From positions 521-64,520 of the forward strand of contig DATLCW010000021.1 in the NCBI GenBank assembly GCA_035526195.1: DNA of 64,000 nt, in the 5' to 3' direction. The notes under the pieces are model-generated. The model was not told the DNA's origin. It searched no databases and worked only from the letters and a program-made list of their open reading frames with translations. Positions 54,310-64,000 of the stretch are shown here, one piece after another. The stretch comes from Bryobacteraceae bacterium. Its GTDB lineage: Bacteria > Acidobacteriota > Terriglobia > Bryobacterales > Bryobacteraceae. The position numbers and the translations under genes are program-made. Within the stretch, counting starts at the first letter, position 1, and every line of letters starts with the position of its first letter.

Positions 54310-55617
54310 TCAGGTCTTGATGCCCTCGTTCAGGAAATCCCATTCCACCATGCGTTTTTGCTTCGAGGAGAGGTTCACCATGTGGGCGCAAGCGGCGGCC
54401 CGATGGCCGGTCAGGGCGTCCTCGTAGGGAGGTTTCCGGGTCCGCATGGCACTTACCCAATTGGTCATGTGGGAGAAGGTCGCCTCCGCGCCCTGGGCAC
54501 GAAACTGCTCCGTTCCCGCCTTTAGACGCGGCTTACGGGTCGCGGGCATCTCCGACTCGCGGACTTTTGGATCTTTGTAGTATTCCTGCTGGAGTCTGGA
54601 GGGCCAGCTTTCGACGATCCAGCGGTTGTCCTCTACCGCGTTCTCGGCGTGGAAGGTGAGGCCGTCGCCAAGAGTAATGCTGCCCTCGGTGCCAAGAATC
54701 TGAAATCCTCCGCCCTCGGAAAGCTGGTTATTGAAGGTAGAGCTCAGGTTGACCGCAAAACCCTCGGGATATTCAAGGATGGCGTTCAACGTGTCGGGCA
54801 CATCGCGGCTCGTGGTCCAGCGATAGAGCTGCCCCATTGCCATTACCTTGCCGGGGGCCTTGGCATCCATCAGGAAGTGGATGGTAGTGCACAGGTGAAC
54901 GAACAGGTCCGTGGCGATGCCGCCGGAATAGTCTTCATAGCAGCGCCAGCGGAAAAAGCGTTCGAGGCTAAACGGGCGCTTGGGCGCCGGGCCCAGAAAA
55001 GCGTCCCAGTTTACGGTTGCGGGGGAGGCGTCCGGGGGAATCGGATAGATCCAGGCACCGGATGCCGTATTGCGATTGTAGGCAGCGCGAATGATGGTTA
55101 CTTTGCCGAGCCTGCCGGCGCGAATCATTTCCCGCGCCTTCAGCTGCGTGACGGAGCTGACGCCCTGGCTGCCCACCTGTACGATGCGTTTGGCGTTTCG
55201 CGCGGCATGCACGATTTCCATCCCTTCTTCCGCCCGGTAGGTTAAAGGCTTCTCGCAATAGACGTCCTTGCCCGATTGCACGGCTTGAATCACCATCGCT
55301 TTATGCCAATGATCCGGCGAGGCAATCACTACCGCATCGATCGACGGATCCGCCAGCAACTCCCCGTGAGAGGCATAGGGTTTCGCTTTTTTACCGACGC
55401 GTTCGAGGGCCCGCTCGACCCGGCCTTGATAAGCGTCGACCACGCCGACGATTTCCGCCCCCTGTACGCTCATCAGAGATTGCATCAGCTCGTGGGAGCG
55501 GGCGCCGGCCCCGATCACGCCTACCTGAATCCGGTCATTAGCGGCGAATGGTTTTGCTGGAGCGGCGGCGGCCAGCACGGAGGACCCTTGCAGGAAGTGG
55601 CGTCGGCTGAGAGGCAT
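54310..55617 (-). CDS. Gfo/Idh/MocA-family oxidoreductase with Tat signal
   Basis: SRRHFLQGSSVLAAAAPA leader, IQVGVIGAGARS and CEKPL. Confidence 0.8.
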   Translation of the reverse strand: MPLSRRHFLQGSSVLAAAAPAKPFAANDRIQVGVIGAGARSHELMQSLMSVQGAEIVGVVDAYQGRVERALERVGKKAKPYASHGELLADPSIDAVVIASPDHWHKAMVIQAVQSGKDVYCEKPLTYRAEEGMEIVHAARNAKRIVQVGSQGVSSVTQLKAREMIRAGRLGKVTIIRAAYNRNTASGAWIYPIPPDASPATVNWDAFLGPAPKRPFSLERFFRWRCYEDYSGGIATDLFVHLCTTIHFLMDAKAPGKVMAMGQLYRWTTSRDVPDTLNAILEYPEGFAVNLSSTFNNQLSEGGGFQILGTEGSITLGDGLTFHAENAVEDNRWIVESWPSRLQQEYYKDPKVRESEMPATRKPRLKAGTEQFRAQGAEATFSHMTNWVSAMRTRKPPYEDALTGHRAAACAHMVNLSSKQKRMVEWDFLNEGIKT

Positions 55618-55623
55618 ACTGAA

Positions 55624-57012
55624 TTATAGCCCCGGAGGGACAAGGCCGGAAGCCCCGCCCGCATCCTCGAGAGCCGCGCCCACGCGCAGCAATAAGGCTT
55701 CGGCAAAGGCCGGACCAATCAGTTGCGCGCTGACGGGAAGCGCATCGATCAGGCCGGTTGGCATCGCCAACGCCGGCAAACCGAGAACATTGATGCCGCG
55801 CACGAACCGCGTGCTGGCGAGGCGCGCGTCTTCCGGCTCGCCATCCACTTGGACCATGCTCTCACCGATCCGGGGAGCAAGGATGGGGGCGGTGGGAGTG
55901 AGCAGGCAATCGGCTGACTCGAAAAGCCTGTTGAACTCGACCTGCAAGACGCGCCGCAGCCGCTGAGCCTGGACATACTCGGTACCGAGAATGCATCGCC
56001 CCTGATCGAACAGCGAGAGCACATCAGCCCCAATGTCTTCACGGCGGTGCAGAAAAGGCTCCATTGCCGACGAGGCTTCGGCCAAAAGAATCACCCGTCC
56101 AATCATGTTCAACCCGGCGATATCGGGGACCCTTACCTTCACCAGGCTTGCGCCAAGCTGCTCCGCCTGAACCGCCAGGCGCTGGATCTGGTCCACGATG
56201 CCGGGGTAGCAGCGCTCGAAATAAAAATTCTCCGGAATCCCGATGCGGAGCCCGCGGATGGAGACGCCCGGCGGCGGAAGGTAGGTATCAACGGCATGAG
56301 AGCTCGACGTGTGATCGCGTGGATCTTTGCCCGCGAGAACCTGCAGCACCAGCGCCGCGTCGCGCACGGTAGAGGTGAGCGGCCCCATGTGATCCAGGGA
56401 AAAGTCGAGTGGCATCACGCCGTAGCGGCTCACCCGTCCGTAAGTCGGCTTCAATCCCACCGTGCCGCAGTAGGCGGCGGGAATCCGAATCGACCCTCCC
56501 GTGTCTGAGCCCATTGCCATATAGGTGAGCCCGGCGGAGACGGCGGCTCCCGATCCGCCACTCGATCCGCCGGGGATGTGGCCGGGGTTCCAGGGATTCC
56601 GGATGGTTCCAAAATGGGGGTTGTTGGACGTTACACCGTAGGCAAGCTCGTGCATGCCTGTCTTGCCTAGAAGGATGCAGCCGGCCGCCTCCAAACGTTC
56701 CGCGACCGCGGCATCGCGATTGGGAATATTTTCGCGGAACAGCCGGGATCCACAGGTCGTGCGTATGCCCTTCGTTTCGAAAACGTCTTTGAGCGCGATC
56801 GGGATGCCGTGAAGAGGGCTCCGCAGATGCCCTTGAGCTCGTTCGGCATCGAGCGTCGCCGCCTGGGAGAGCGCGCCATCGGAAAGTATCGTGATAAAGG
56901 CGTTGAAGCGGGATTGCAGAGCGCCGATACGGTCTAAGCAGTCGCGTGTTAAATCTACGGACGTAGTTGTTCCCAGTTTCAGTTGTTCCGAAGCTTCCAA
57001 TATGCTTTTCAT
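55624..57012 (-). CDS. Amidase-signature enzyme (GatA/AtzE-like)
   Basis: GGSSGGSGAAV and the GSDTGGSIRIPAAYCG signature. Confidence 0.85.
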   Translation of the reverse strand: MKSILEASEQLKLGTTTSVDLTRDCLDRIGALQSRFNAFITILSDGALSQAATLDAERAQGHLRSPLHGIPIALKDVFETKGIRTTCGSRLFRENIPNRDAAVAERLEAAGCILLGKTGMHELAYGVTSNNPHFGTIRNPWNPGHIPGGSSGGSGAAVSAGLTYMAMGSDTGGSIRIPAAYCGTVGLKPTYGRVSRYGVMPLDFSLDHMGPLTSTVRDAALVLQVLAGKDPRDHTSSSHAVDTYLPPPGVSIRGLRIGIPENFYFERCYPGIVDQIQRLAVQAEQLGASLVKVRVPDIAGLNMIGRVILLAEASSAMEPFLHRREDIGADVLSLFDQGRCILGTEYVQAQRLRRVLQVEFNRLFESADCLLTPTAPILAPRIGESMVQVDGEPEDARLASTRFVRGINVLGLPALAMPTGLIDALPVSAQLIGPAFAEALLLRVGAALEDAGGASGLVPPGL

Positions 57013-57185
57013 GCGGACTCCTCATCCGGCAGTAACGCGGGTTGGAGCGCGAAGGCAGGTTCGGTACCCGGATCCATAGCTCGCTTCATCTCCGCCATCG
57101 CCTTTTCCATTTGCCCGAGGGCGGCACGGGCGGGTTCGGGCAAGTCGACTCCTAGCGCTTCCGCCACTTTTCCGCGGTCAATCAT
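57009..57185 (-). CDS. Small AtzG/GatC-like (DUF4089-like) protein preceding the amidase
   Basis: 58 aa, MIDRGKVAEALGVDLPEPARAAL...TEPAFALQP. It has a 4-nt overlap with the amidase start and an ATGATTGA overlap with the upstream gene's stop. The family call is from memory. Confidence 0.4.
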   Translation of the reverse strand: MIDRGKVAEALGVDLPEPARAALGQMEKAMAEMKRAMDPGTEPAFALQPALLPDEESA

Positions 57186-58902
57186 GAGAGGGCTCCTTGA
57201 AATCAAACAACTGGTTGGGGTTCCGGTCCGGATAGACGATCCAGAAATGGCGATCCTTGTAATATTTGAGCAATTCCACGCGCTTGGCGGTATTGCCCAC
57301 ATTCCTCGCCCAGACTACCGGCGAGGCATCGATGTCAGCGCGATTATATACCCACTCCTGATGGGGCTGGTGGCCGGCCGAGTATTCCACCAGGACCAGG
57401 TGTTTGCCGCCTAACGCATTCAGCTTATCTGCCATTTTCTGCCGCGAATAATTAGAGAGCAACCCATAGGAATACCACGAAGACGTCAATTCTCCGTATA
57501 CGCTTGTGTTCAGGGCGGGAGCGGCGCTGCGGAAAAACATGAGGATCAGCGACGTCCCAAGCGCCGCCCGCACCAATTGCCGCCCCCCTGGAATTCCATT
57601 TACGTTCCAGCGCGCAAGTCTCCGGATACCTTCCACAAGCAAGAGATAAATGGGTCCTAGGACCGGTGCCGCATAGTGCGGCAGAATGTGCCACGGCACC
57701 ACCAGATGAGAGCATGCAAAGACAGTCACCAGAACCCAGGCGAGTTCCAGGCGCGGCGTTTTCCAGGAGCGCCAAAGACCAGGCAAGCCTAACGTTAACG
57801 CCGGACCCAAAAAGAAAAACCAAAGGCGGCTCGGCTTTTCCAGTTGAACACGCCAGTAGCCAAGCTGAAGCGGGTACCCCTCCCATTCGAAATAGAAAGC
57901 GCGGAGGGCTTCGTGGTTATATTGACGGTTCATATTGGCCGGCTGCCAGATGAAAGTGCCATGAACCTGATTGCGCAGCCGGTTCTCAATATAGGGGAGG
58001 CGGAAACCGTTTCCGGTCACCCTATAGTTGTAGTATTCAGTCGCAAGGCCTCCCACCATAAGGCAACACAGCACTGGGACCGCCACCGGTAGGCCCCACT
58101 TCCTCCATGGTTTCCCCTCCTTGAAGATCCGGAAGCAGACCCAGACGAACGCGGCGGCCGAAATTAAGCCACCCTCCCAGGGGCGCGTATTGCCGAGCAG
58201 CACCATTCCGAGACCAAAAACCAACCCGTGTTTCCAATGTGGGTGGCGGCGCAGACGGGCCGCCGCTCCGAAGAGCAATGCGCCTCCTATGGCGGCAACG
58301 CACCCCCCCCAGTAGCTGTTTCCCCAGTAGCTGAAAAAGCCGATTCGAACGGCGAACAACAGGCTGCCCAATAACGCCCACGACGGGCTGGTCCAAGCCT
58401 GCAGCATCCAGCAGAGCGCGGCCGCCGCCAGCGCCGCGCTTAGCCAGACGCCGGCAATCGCTTTCCCGGTCAGGAGAATCCCGGCCGCGAGCATCAGCCC
58501 CTGCCCCGGTGGATACATGGACATGTAGGTGGGCTCGGTAAGAATATGAAAACTTTCGAAAAAGTAGCGCATGGGGTGCGCGGGGTTGGTCAGACGCCCC
58601 GATGCAAACGTATCCGCTGCAAGCAGATAGCTGTATTCGTCGTGAACTCCGGGAGCAGGTAGGACGCTGCCGGGCTCCATGAGAAAACGCCCGCCCAAAG
58701 TCACGCCGAAAGCGCAGAGGATCGAAAGACCGCGGCGCCGGGAGAGCCTGTGAAACCGCTGTGTCAGCGAAGGAAACCATTCCCCTTCGAAACCTGGCAC
58801 ACGTTGCAACAGAATGAACGACACCAGCACGGCCAGTTCCAGCGGGAACAGTACGGTATTCTGGGTCAGGTCCTTCCAGACTCCGTCCAGTAAGTCAGAC
58901 AT
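57178..58902 (-). CDS. Large polytopic membrane protein (GT-C/ArnT-like fold suspected)
   Basis: Many TM segments with a soluble C-terminal ~110 aa. The functional call is a guess. Confidence 0.5.
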   Translation of the reverse strand: MSDLLDGVWKDLTQNTVLFPLELAVLVSFILLQRVPGFEGEWFPSLTQRFHRLSRRRGLSILCAFGVTLGGRFLMEPGSVLPAPGVHDEYSYLLAADTFASGRLTNPAHPMRYFFESFHILTEPTYMSMYPPGQGLMLAAGILLTGKAIAGVWLSAALAAAALCWMLQAWTSPSWALLGSLLFAVRIGFFSYWGNSYWGGCVAAIGGALLFGAAARLRRHPHWKHGLVFGLGMVLLGNTRPWEGGLISAAAFVWVCFRIFKEGKPWRKWGLPVAVPVLCCLMVGGLATEYYNYRVTGNGFRLPYIENRLRNQVHGTFIWQPANMNRQYNHEALRAFYFEWEGYPLQLGYWRVQLEKPSRLWFFFLGPALTLGLPGLWRSWKTPRLELAWVLVTVFACSHLVVPWHILPHYAAPVLGPIYLLLVEGIRRLARWNVNGIPGGRQLVRAALGTSLILMFFRSAAPALNTSVYGELTSSWYSYGLLSNYSRQKMADKLNALGGKHLVLVEYSAGHQPHQEWVYNRADIDASPVVWARNVGNTAKRVELLKYYKDRHFWIVYPDRNPNQLFDFKEPSHD

Positions 58903-58976
58903 CGCGGCTTTCGGATCCCATATTCTCGCATATTTTCTCCGCCTGTCACGTCCTCACGCATGTACACTGGGAGCAT

Positions 58977-60158
58977 ATGGCGCCAGCGGCGGAAAGCACC
59001 GATCCAGCCCTTCCCCTCACAGTTTTGAATGAGGAGGACCGGCTCTTTCAGAACACCGTGCGCCAGTTCGCCCGCGAGCGCATCGGGCCGCATGTGCGCG
59101 CGATGGATTCGGAGGGCGTATTCCGCCAAGACCTCGTGCGGGAAATGTTTGCGCTCGGGCTGATGGGGATTGAGATTCCGGAAGATCACGGGGGGCAGGG
59201 TGGAACATTTTTCCAATCCGTACTGGCGGTGGAAGAACTGGCCGTGGTCGATCCGTCGGCGGCTGTGATCGTGGACGTACAAAACACTCTGGTCAACAAC
59301 GCCATCCTGCGCTGGGCCGACAGCAATCAGAAACGCGAGTATCTGCCGCGCCTGGCGTCGGACGCTTTAGCATCCTATGCGCTCTCGGAAGCGGGGTCTG
59401 GGTCGGATGCATTCGCTCTTTCCACCCGCGCTGAGGAGAAAGGCGATTATTTTGTGTTGAATGGCCGCAAGCTGTGGATCACGAATGCGGCCGAGGCGAG
59501 TCTTTTTCTCCTGTTTGCCAATGTCCGGCCGGAAGACGGGTATAGGGGGATCACCTGTTTCCTGATCGAACGGAATACGCCTGGTTTTCAAGTGGGGAAG
59601 AAAGAGGATAAGCTCGGTATTCGCGCGTCTTCCACCTGTGAACTGCTTATTGATAATTGTAGTATCAGTCGCCGGAACGTCCTCGGAGAAATAGGAAAAG
59701 GTTACAAGATCGCCATCGAAACGCTGAATGAAGGCCGGATTGGGATTGCCGCGCAAATGACCGGGCTGGCGCAAGGGGCGCTGCATCATGCCCTTGCTTA
59801 TGCGCAGCAGCGTACACAATTCGGAAAGCCGATCGCGGAATTCCAGGGTGTTCAGTTTGAGCTGGCGGAGATGGCAACCCAGGTCGAAGCGGCCCGCCTA
59901 CTGACTTATAATGCCGCCCGGTTGCGGGTGGCCGGACGCCCTTTTCTGACGGAAGCGGCGATGGCGAAATATTTCGCTTCTCAGGTCGCGGAAAATGTCG
60001 CCTCGAAGGCCGTGGAGGTCTTTGGAGGTGTCGGGTTTACCAAGGATTACCCGGTCGAGAAGCTTTACCGGGATGCGAAGATCGGACGCATTTACGAGGG
60101 GACGAGCAACATGCAACGGCTCACCATCGCGAAACAACTGATGAACCGCGGCAAGTAA
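58977..60158 (+). CDS. Acyl-CoA dehydrogenase (short/branched-chain type)
   Basis: ALSEAGSGSDA, WITNA, QFGKPIAEFQGVQF and YEGTSNMQRLTIA. Confidence 0.9.
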   Translation: MAPAAESTDPALPLTVLNEEDRLFQNTVRQFARERIGPHVRAMDSEGVFRQDLVREMFALGLMGIEIPEDHGGQGGTFFQSVLAVEELAVVDPSAAVIVDVQNTLVNNAILRWADSNQKREYLPRLASDALASYALSEAGSGSDAFALSTRAEEKGDYFVLNGRKLWITNAAEASLFLLFANVRPEDGYRGITCFLIERNTPGFQVGKKEDKLGIRASSTCELLIDNCSISRRNVLGEIGKGYKIAIETLNEGRIGIAAQMTGLAQGALHHALAYAQQRTQFGKPIAEFQGVQFELAEMATQVEAARLLTYNAARLRVAGRPFLTEAAMAKYFASQVAENVASKAVEVFGGVGFTKDYPVEKLYRDAKIGRIYEGTSNMQRLTIAKQLMNRGK

Positions 60159-60207
60159 CCACAAGCGGTTGTGGACCGTCCACAAATTGAACAGAGGAGA
60201 AGGAACC

Positions 60208-60990
60208 ATGCGAGTTTTAAGGGTGGTGTTGGCTGGAGTAAGCCTCACGATCGCCGCAAGTGCCGCGGATCGGGAGCCATCGCAAACCGAGATTGACGCG
60301 ATCATTCAGAAATTTGCCGCCAAGGAGTCGGAATTTGCCAAGGCCAGGGAAAACTACACTTATCGTCAAACGGTGAGAATTCTCGAACTGGACGAAGGCG
60401 GCAACACGCGCGGGAAACATGAAGTCCTTTCCGACATCATTTTCAGCGGCGACGGGAAACGAACCGAGAAGGTGGTGAAAGCGCCCGTTCCCACATTGAA
60501 GAATCTTCAGCTTACGCCCGAAGACGAGCAGGATCTTCGAAGCGTACAGCCGTTCGTCCTCACCTCCTCGGAAATCGACAAATATAACGTGCGCTATAAC
60601 GGACGGGAAACTCTGGATGAGATCCCTTGCTATGTTTTTGCCGTGAAGCCCAAAAAGATGGAAGCCGGACAGCGCTATTTCACCGGCCTGATCTACGTCG
60701 ATGACCGCGACATGCAGATCGTGAAGTCTTACGGCAGAGCGACCGGCGTGCTGAAGAAGGGAAGCGATCAGCAGTTTCCCAAGTTTGAGACGTACCGGGA
60801 ACAGATTGATGGGAAGTACTGGTTTCCTACGTACACCATGGCCAACGACACCCTGATGTTCCAGGGTGGGCCTCAGCCCATCAAGATGACCGTGAAATAC
60901 GAAGACTACAAACAGTTTAAGAGCGACGTCAACATCAAGTTCGAAGACAAGGAAGCGAAACCCGACAGCCAGCAACCGAAAAAGCCCTGA
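60208..60990 (+). CDS. Secreted hypothetical protein (LolA-like fold suspected)
   Basis: AGGAGAAGG RBS, signal peptide MRVLRVVLAGVSLTIAASAA, and beta-rich composition. Confidence 0.45.
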   Translation: MRVLRVVLAGVSLTIAASAADREPSQTEIDAIIQKFAAKESEFAKARENYTYRQTVRILELDEGGNTRGKHEVLSDIIFSGDGKRTEKVVKAPVPTLKNLQLTPEDEQDLRSVQPFVLTSSEIDKYNVRYNGRETLDEIPCYVFAVKPKKMEAGQRYFTGLIYVDDRDMQIVKSYGRATGVLKKGSDQQFPKFETYREQIDGKYWFPTYTMANDTLMFQGGPQPIKMTVKYEDYKQFKSDVNIKFEDKEAKPDSQQPKKP

Positions 60991-61075
60991 TTTCGCCATT
61001 CACCGTTGGATATCAGGCTTTCAGAGCGCGCTTCTAGTGTCCCTTGGGCCTTTGTGCTGAAATAGGAAGTTGCCA

Positions 61076-62113
61076 ATGGGTGACAGAGCCTTTCGAACAC
61101 GCCGCCGGGTGAAGTCGATGCTTCGACGTGTGCGGGAAATTCGGATGATTGCAAAGGGTTTGATTTCCACCGATCACCCTGTTTTGGCACACCTGATTCC
61201 CATCCGCCGCTGCAATCTCGATTGCGGCTACTGCAACGAATACGACGATTTTTCAAAGCCCGTTGCAATTGAAACCATGCTTCAGCGGGTGGACCGCCTG
61301 GCGGAATTAGGAACGACGGTGGTGACCATCAGCGGAGGGGAACCGCTCTTGCATCCCGAACTGGATCAGATCATCTCCCGGTTGCGGAACCGCGGAATTA
61401 TAGCCGGGCTGATTACGAATGGCTATCTGCTGAACGTGGAGCGAATTCAACGGCTGAATCGGGCCGGCCTGGATCATATGCAGATCAGCATCGACAATGC
61501 GAAGCCGGACGAGGTGTCGAAAAAGAGCCTGAAAACTTTGGATCAACGGCTGATATGGCTCTCGCAACACGCGGAATTTCACGTAAATATTAACTCTGTA
61601 GTAGGTGGCGGAATTCGACATCCCGAAGATGCTCTTCAAGTGGGAAACCGCGCCGTGGAGCTCGGCTTTACCTCCACGATCGGCATTATCCATGACGGCG
61701 ACGGGCAACTGCGTCCGCTGCCCGAGCGCGAGGGTCAGGTCTACAGCCAGATGAAGGCGATGCAAAAGAGCAGTTATTCGCGCATGAACTATTTTCAGGA
61801 CGCGATCGCCGATGGGCGGCCCAACCGCTGGAAATGCCGGGCGGGCGCGAGATATCTTTATATCTGCGAAGATGGCCTGGTTCACTACTGCTCCCAGCAA
61901 AGGGGTTATCCGGGCAAACCGCTGGCGGAGTACACGGTGGACGACCTCCGCCGCGAGTACCTGACGGAAAAAGGCTGCGCTCCCTACTGCACCGTCAGTT
62001 GCGTGCATCAGACCTCGTATATGGATTTCTGGCGCGATCCTCAAATCCACGCCCCTGTGCAGTTGGCCCAACCCGGTCAACTAGTGAACATTCAGGGCAC
62101 AAAGATTCACTGA
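61076..62113 (+). CDS. Radical SAM protein with Cys-rich C-terminal extension
   Basis: CNLDCGYC (CxxxCxxC), GGEPLL, and C-terminal cysteines [21 protein letters not shown]. Confidence 0.8.
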   Translation: MGDRAFRTRRRVKSMLRRVREIRMIAKGLISTDHPVLAHLIPIRRCNLDCGYCNEYDDFSKPVAIETMLQRVDRLAELGTTVVTISGGEPLLHPELDQIISRLRNRGIIAGLITNGYLLNVERIQRLNRAGLDHMQISIDNAKPDEVSKKSLKTLDQRLIWLSQHAEFHVNINSVVGGGIRHPEDALQVGNRAVELGFTSTIGIIHDGDGQLRPLPEREGQVYSQMKAMQKSSYSRMNYFQDAIADGRPNRWKCRAGARYLYICEDGLVHYCSQQRGYPGKPLAEYTVDDLRREYLTEKGCAPYCTVSCVHQTSYMDFWRDPQIHAPVQLAQPGQLVNIQGTKIH

Positions 62114-62119
62114 CCGCCG

Positions 62120-64000
62120 TCAGGTTTTTACCCGCATCAGGAAATAGGTGCCCGCGAGAATGAAGATGGCATCGGGGCTCCATGCCGCCATCTCCGCCGG
62201 AAGTTGGCCCACGTTTCCCATCTGCTCGAAAAGCTGGTTCAGCGCCAGATAGCCGATCCCTATCCCGAGGCTGATACCAACAGGAGCCATGGCGCCGCGA
62301 TTGCCCACCAGGAAGGCGAACGGAATAGAGATCAATGCCATGATGAACGCGAACATCGGCACGGCAAATTTCTTGTGGTATTGGACCAGCAGCCGGCTGG
62401 TGTCAAAGCTGCCGCTCTGCCGCAGCTCCCGGATATACAGCTCCAGCTGATGGAAGTTCATCTGCATGTACGGTTTATTGACCGTCAGGAAATAGGTGGG
62501 CGGCTCATCGAGTTCGGGAAAGGTGGCTGTCTTTCCCAGGAAATCGACCGCCTGGACCACCAGAATGCCATCGAACTCGCGGGTCCATCCATTCTGGAAG
62601 ACCCAGCGACGGATCGCGGGTTCCCAACGCGCGTTCTCGGCATAGATGTGGCGTTTTAAGCGGAAGTTCGTGCGGTCCACTTCATACACGCTGACTCCCA
62701 CCATCACATTGGAAGAGGGATCAAAATGCTTATAGTAGTAGATCCACGGACCGCGTCCCACAATCCACTTCCGATCGGGCCGCAGGAAGCTTTGCGGAGG
62801 CCGGCCTTTGATCTCGTTCCGGATGGCATCTTGAACCAGGTTCGCTTCCGGAACTACATAATAGTCGAAAAGCATTAACACGCCGGCGAGAACACAGCCT
62901 GCTACAAGTATCGGAGCAGCCAACCGGTAGACACTGACACCGCACGCTTTCATCGCCGTGATCTCATTGCTCTTGGCCAGAACACCGAAAGTCACCAGCA
63001 CCGCGACCAGCACTCCGAGAGGCGCAAAGTCGTAAATGAGTTTGGGAGTGAGGAAGAGGTGGTATGTTCCGACTCTTGCCATGGGAATACGGTTCTTGAT
63101 GATATCCCCCAGCAGCTCAAAAAAGTTGAACACATGGGTCATCATCACGAAGCTGAATAACAGTGCGAAGGTGTAGTAGAGAAATGAAGAGAGAACATAC
63201 GTATCAATGAGTTGGGGCAAAAGCGGCAGCCTGAAACCGCGCGCGAACCCTTCTTCGGCCGCGTGAAACGGAGAGCGGCGGGCGATCCATTTCCACCACG
63301 TTTCAAACCGCCCTCGAAACCAGGCGCTGAGGTCGCGATCCCCTGGCAGTTCCAGCCGCATGATTAGTATTAAGGCGAACAAGCCGAAGATCAGGTTTGG
63401 AAGCCACACAGCGGTGCCGGGAGTCAGCGTTTTCTGCCGCGCGAGCGCGGTCAGGCTAATCGAACCCATGTAGTAAAAGAAAGCCAATGTCACGGTCATG
63501 ACAAATGCCGCGGACTTTCCTCCCTTACGGGAGGACACGCCCAGGGGCACGGCAAGCAGCGCCAGCACCAGGCACGCCACCGGCAGCGCTAATCGGCGAT
63601 GAAATTCCATTGCCGATTCCAGACTGCTGTTTACCTGCCGGTAAAGCGGCTCCATGTCCAGCAATTCGCTTGAATCGTTTGCTTTGACTTCCTTCTTTTG
63701 CGGCGCATCGAGCGTCTGCTCGCCTTTTGGAAATTCCGTTGCGAAGTAAGCCGTACCTTTGCCAACCTCATAGGTGCTGGTGTTAAGCAGGGAGAGTTGG
63801 ATGCGGTTATTGGCGAGGTCGGGAACTGCAATGGCCTCAGCCGCTAGCGTGATACGCGGGCCCTCGCCGCGATCTCCGGCTCCTCCGGCACGCTGTTCGG
63901 CGGGTGTTAAGTCGGCCATAAATACCCGGCGCCAGCGGACCACCGGGCCCGGAGGGGCGTCTTCTACATACAGGATCCGGTTGGGAAACTGCTCCTCGAA
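62120..64000 (-). CDS. Fused LptF-LptG-type LPS export permease (5' end beyond the window)
   Basis: The frame stays open to base 64000 (FEEQFPNRILYVEDAPPGPV...). The first part is an LptF-like periplasmic domain plus C-terminal TMs. A complete LptG-like module follows (IDTYVLSSFLYYTFALLFSF...GAMAPVGISLGIGIGY) with no stop between them. Confidence 0.7.
   Translation of the reverse strand, partial: FEEQFPNRILYVEDAPPGPVVRWRRVFMADLTPAEQRAGGAGDRGEGPRITLAAEAIAVPDLANNRIQLSLLNTSTYEVGKGTAYFATEFPKGEQTLDAPQKKEVKANDSSELLDMEPLYRQVNSSLESAMEFHRRLALPVACLVLALLAVPLGVSSRKGGKSAAFVMTVTLAFFYYMGSISLTALARQKTLTPGTAVWLPNLIFGLFALILIMRLELPGDRDLSAWFRGRFETWWKWIARRSPFHAAEEGFARGFRLPLLPQLIDTYVLSSFLYYTFALLFSFVMMTHVFNFFELLGDIIKNRIPMARVGTYHLFLTPKLIYDFAPLGVLVAVLVTFGVLAKSNEITAMKACGVSVYRLAAPILVAGCVLAGVLMLFDYYVVPEANLVQDAIRNEIKGRPPQSFLRPDRKWIVGRGPWIYYYKHFDPSSNVMVGVSVYEVDRTNFRLKRHIYAENARWEPAIRRWVFQNGWTREFDGILVVQAVDFLGKTATFPELDEPPTYFLTVNKPYMQMNFHQLELYIRELRQSGSFDTSRLLVQYHKKFAVPMFAFIMALISIPFAFLVGNRGAMAPVGISLGIGIGYLALNQLFEQMGNVGQLPAEMAAWSPDAIFILAGTYFLMRVKT

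Noticed and set aside
1-64000. A CRISPR array or further cas genes to accompany the Csb2-like gene.
   Set aside because: I inspected all intergenic gaps over 100 nt. None shows regularly spaced direct repeats, and no ORF has Cas1/2/3/4/7/8-type motifs. This was checked only by eye.

Overview
This is a high-GC bacterial chromosomal segment. It is most consistent with Acidobacteriota (Solibacter/Bryobacter-like), inferred from a 'Solibacter uncharacterized C-terminal domain'-type tail on a 1,033-aa secreted protein and from overall gene content. No database search was possible.

Bases 1 to about 15,600 form an accessory, decaying mobile-DNA region:
- an IS630 transposase fragment;
- an AT-richer three-gene module (TIGR04255-like, Xre/DUF2384-like antitoxin-type protein, unknown protein);
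- integrase and HTH gene debris;
- an IS21-type istA/istB unit embedded in a five-gene minus-strand string. Its istA is frameshifted and also split by a 3.87-kb recombinase-in-trio (RIT) element with clear inverted repeats;
- a ParB-like gene and a frameshifted double zinc-ribbon gene;
- a decayed tRNA-Gly 3' fragment (att-like scar);
- a HicB/HicA pair;
- an orphan type I-G/I-U Csb2 (Cas5/6-like) gene with no other cas genes or CRISPR array anywhere in the window;
- more pseudogene debris.

From about 15.6 to 64 kb the content looks like core genome:
- hom, cysE and an RluA-family synthase;
- a SorAB-like sulfite dehydrogenase pair;
- a PQQ dehydrogenase followed by a pentaheme cytochrome;
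- an MtrA/MtrB-like decaheme-porin module;
- a complete Tad/Cpa pilus operon with no recognisable Flp pilin;
- an amidase with a small AtzG/GatC-like partner;
- an acyl-CoA dehydrogenase, a radical SAM protein and a fused LptF-LptG permease that runs off the window.

All family calls rest on motifs read by eye from the translations. ORF-track coordinates include the stop codon.
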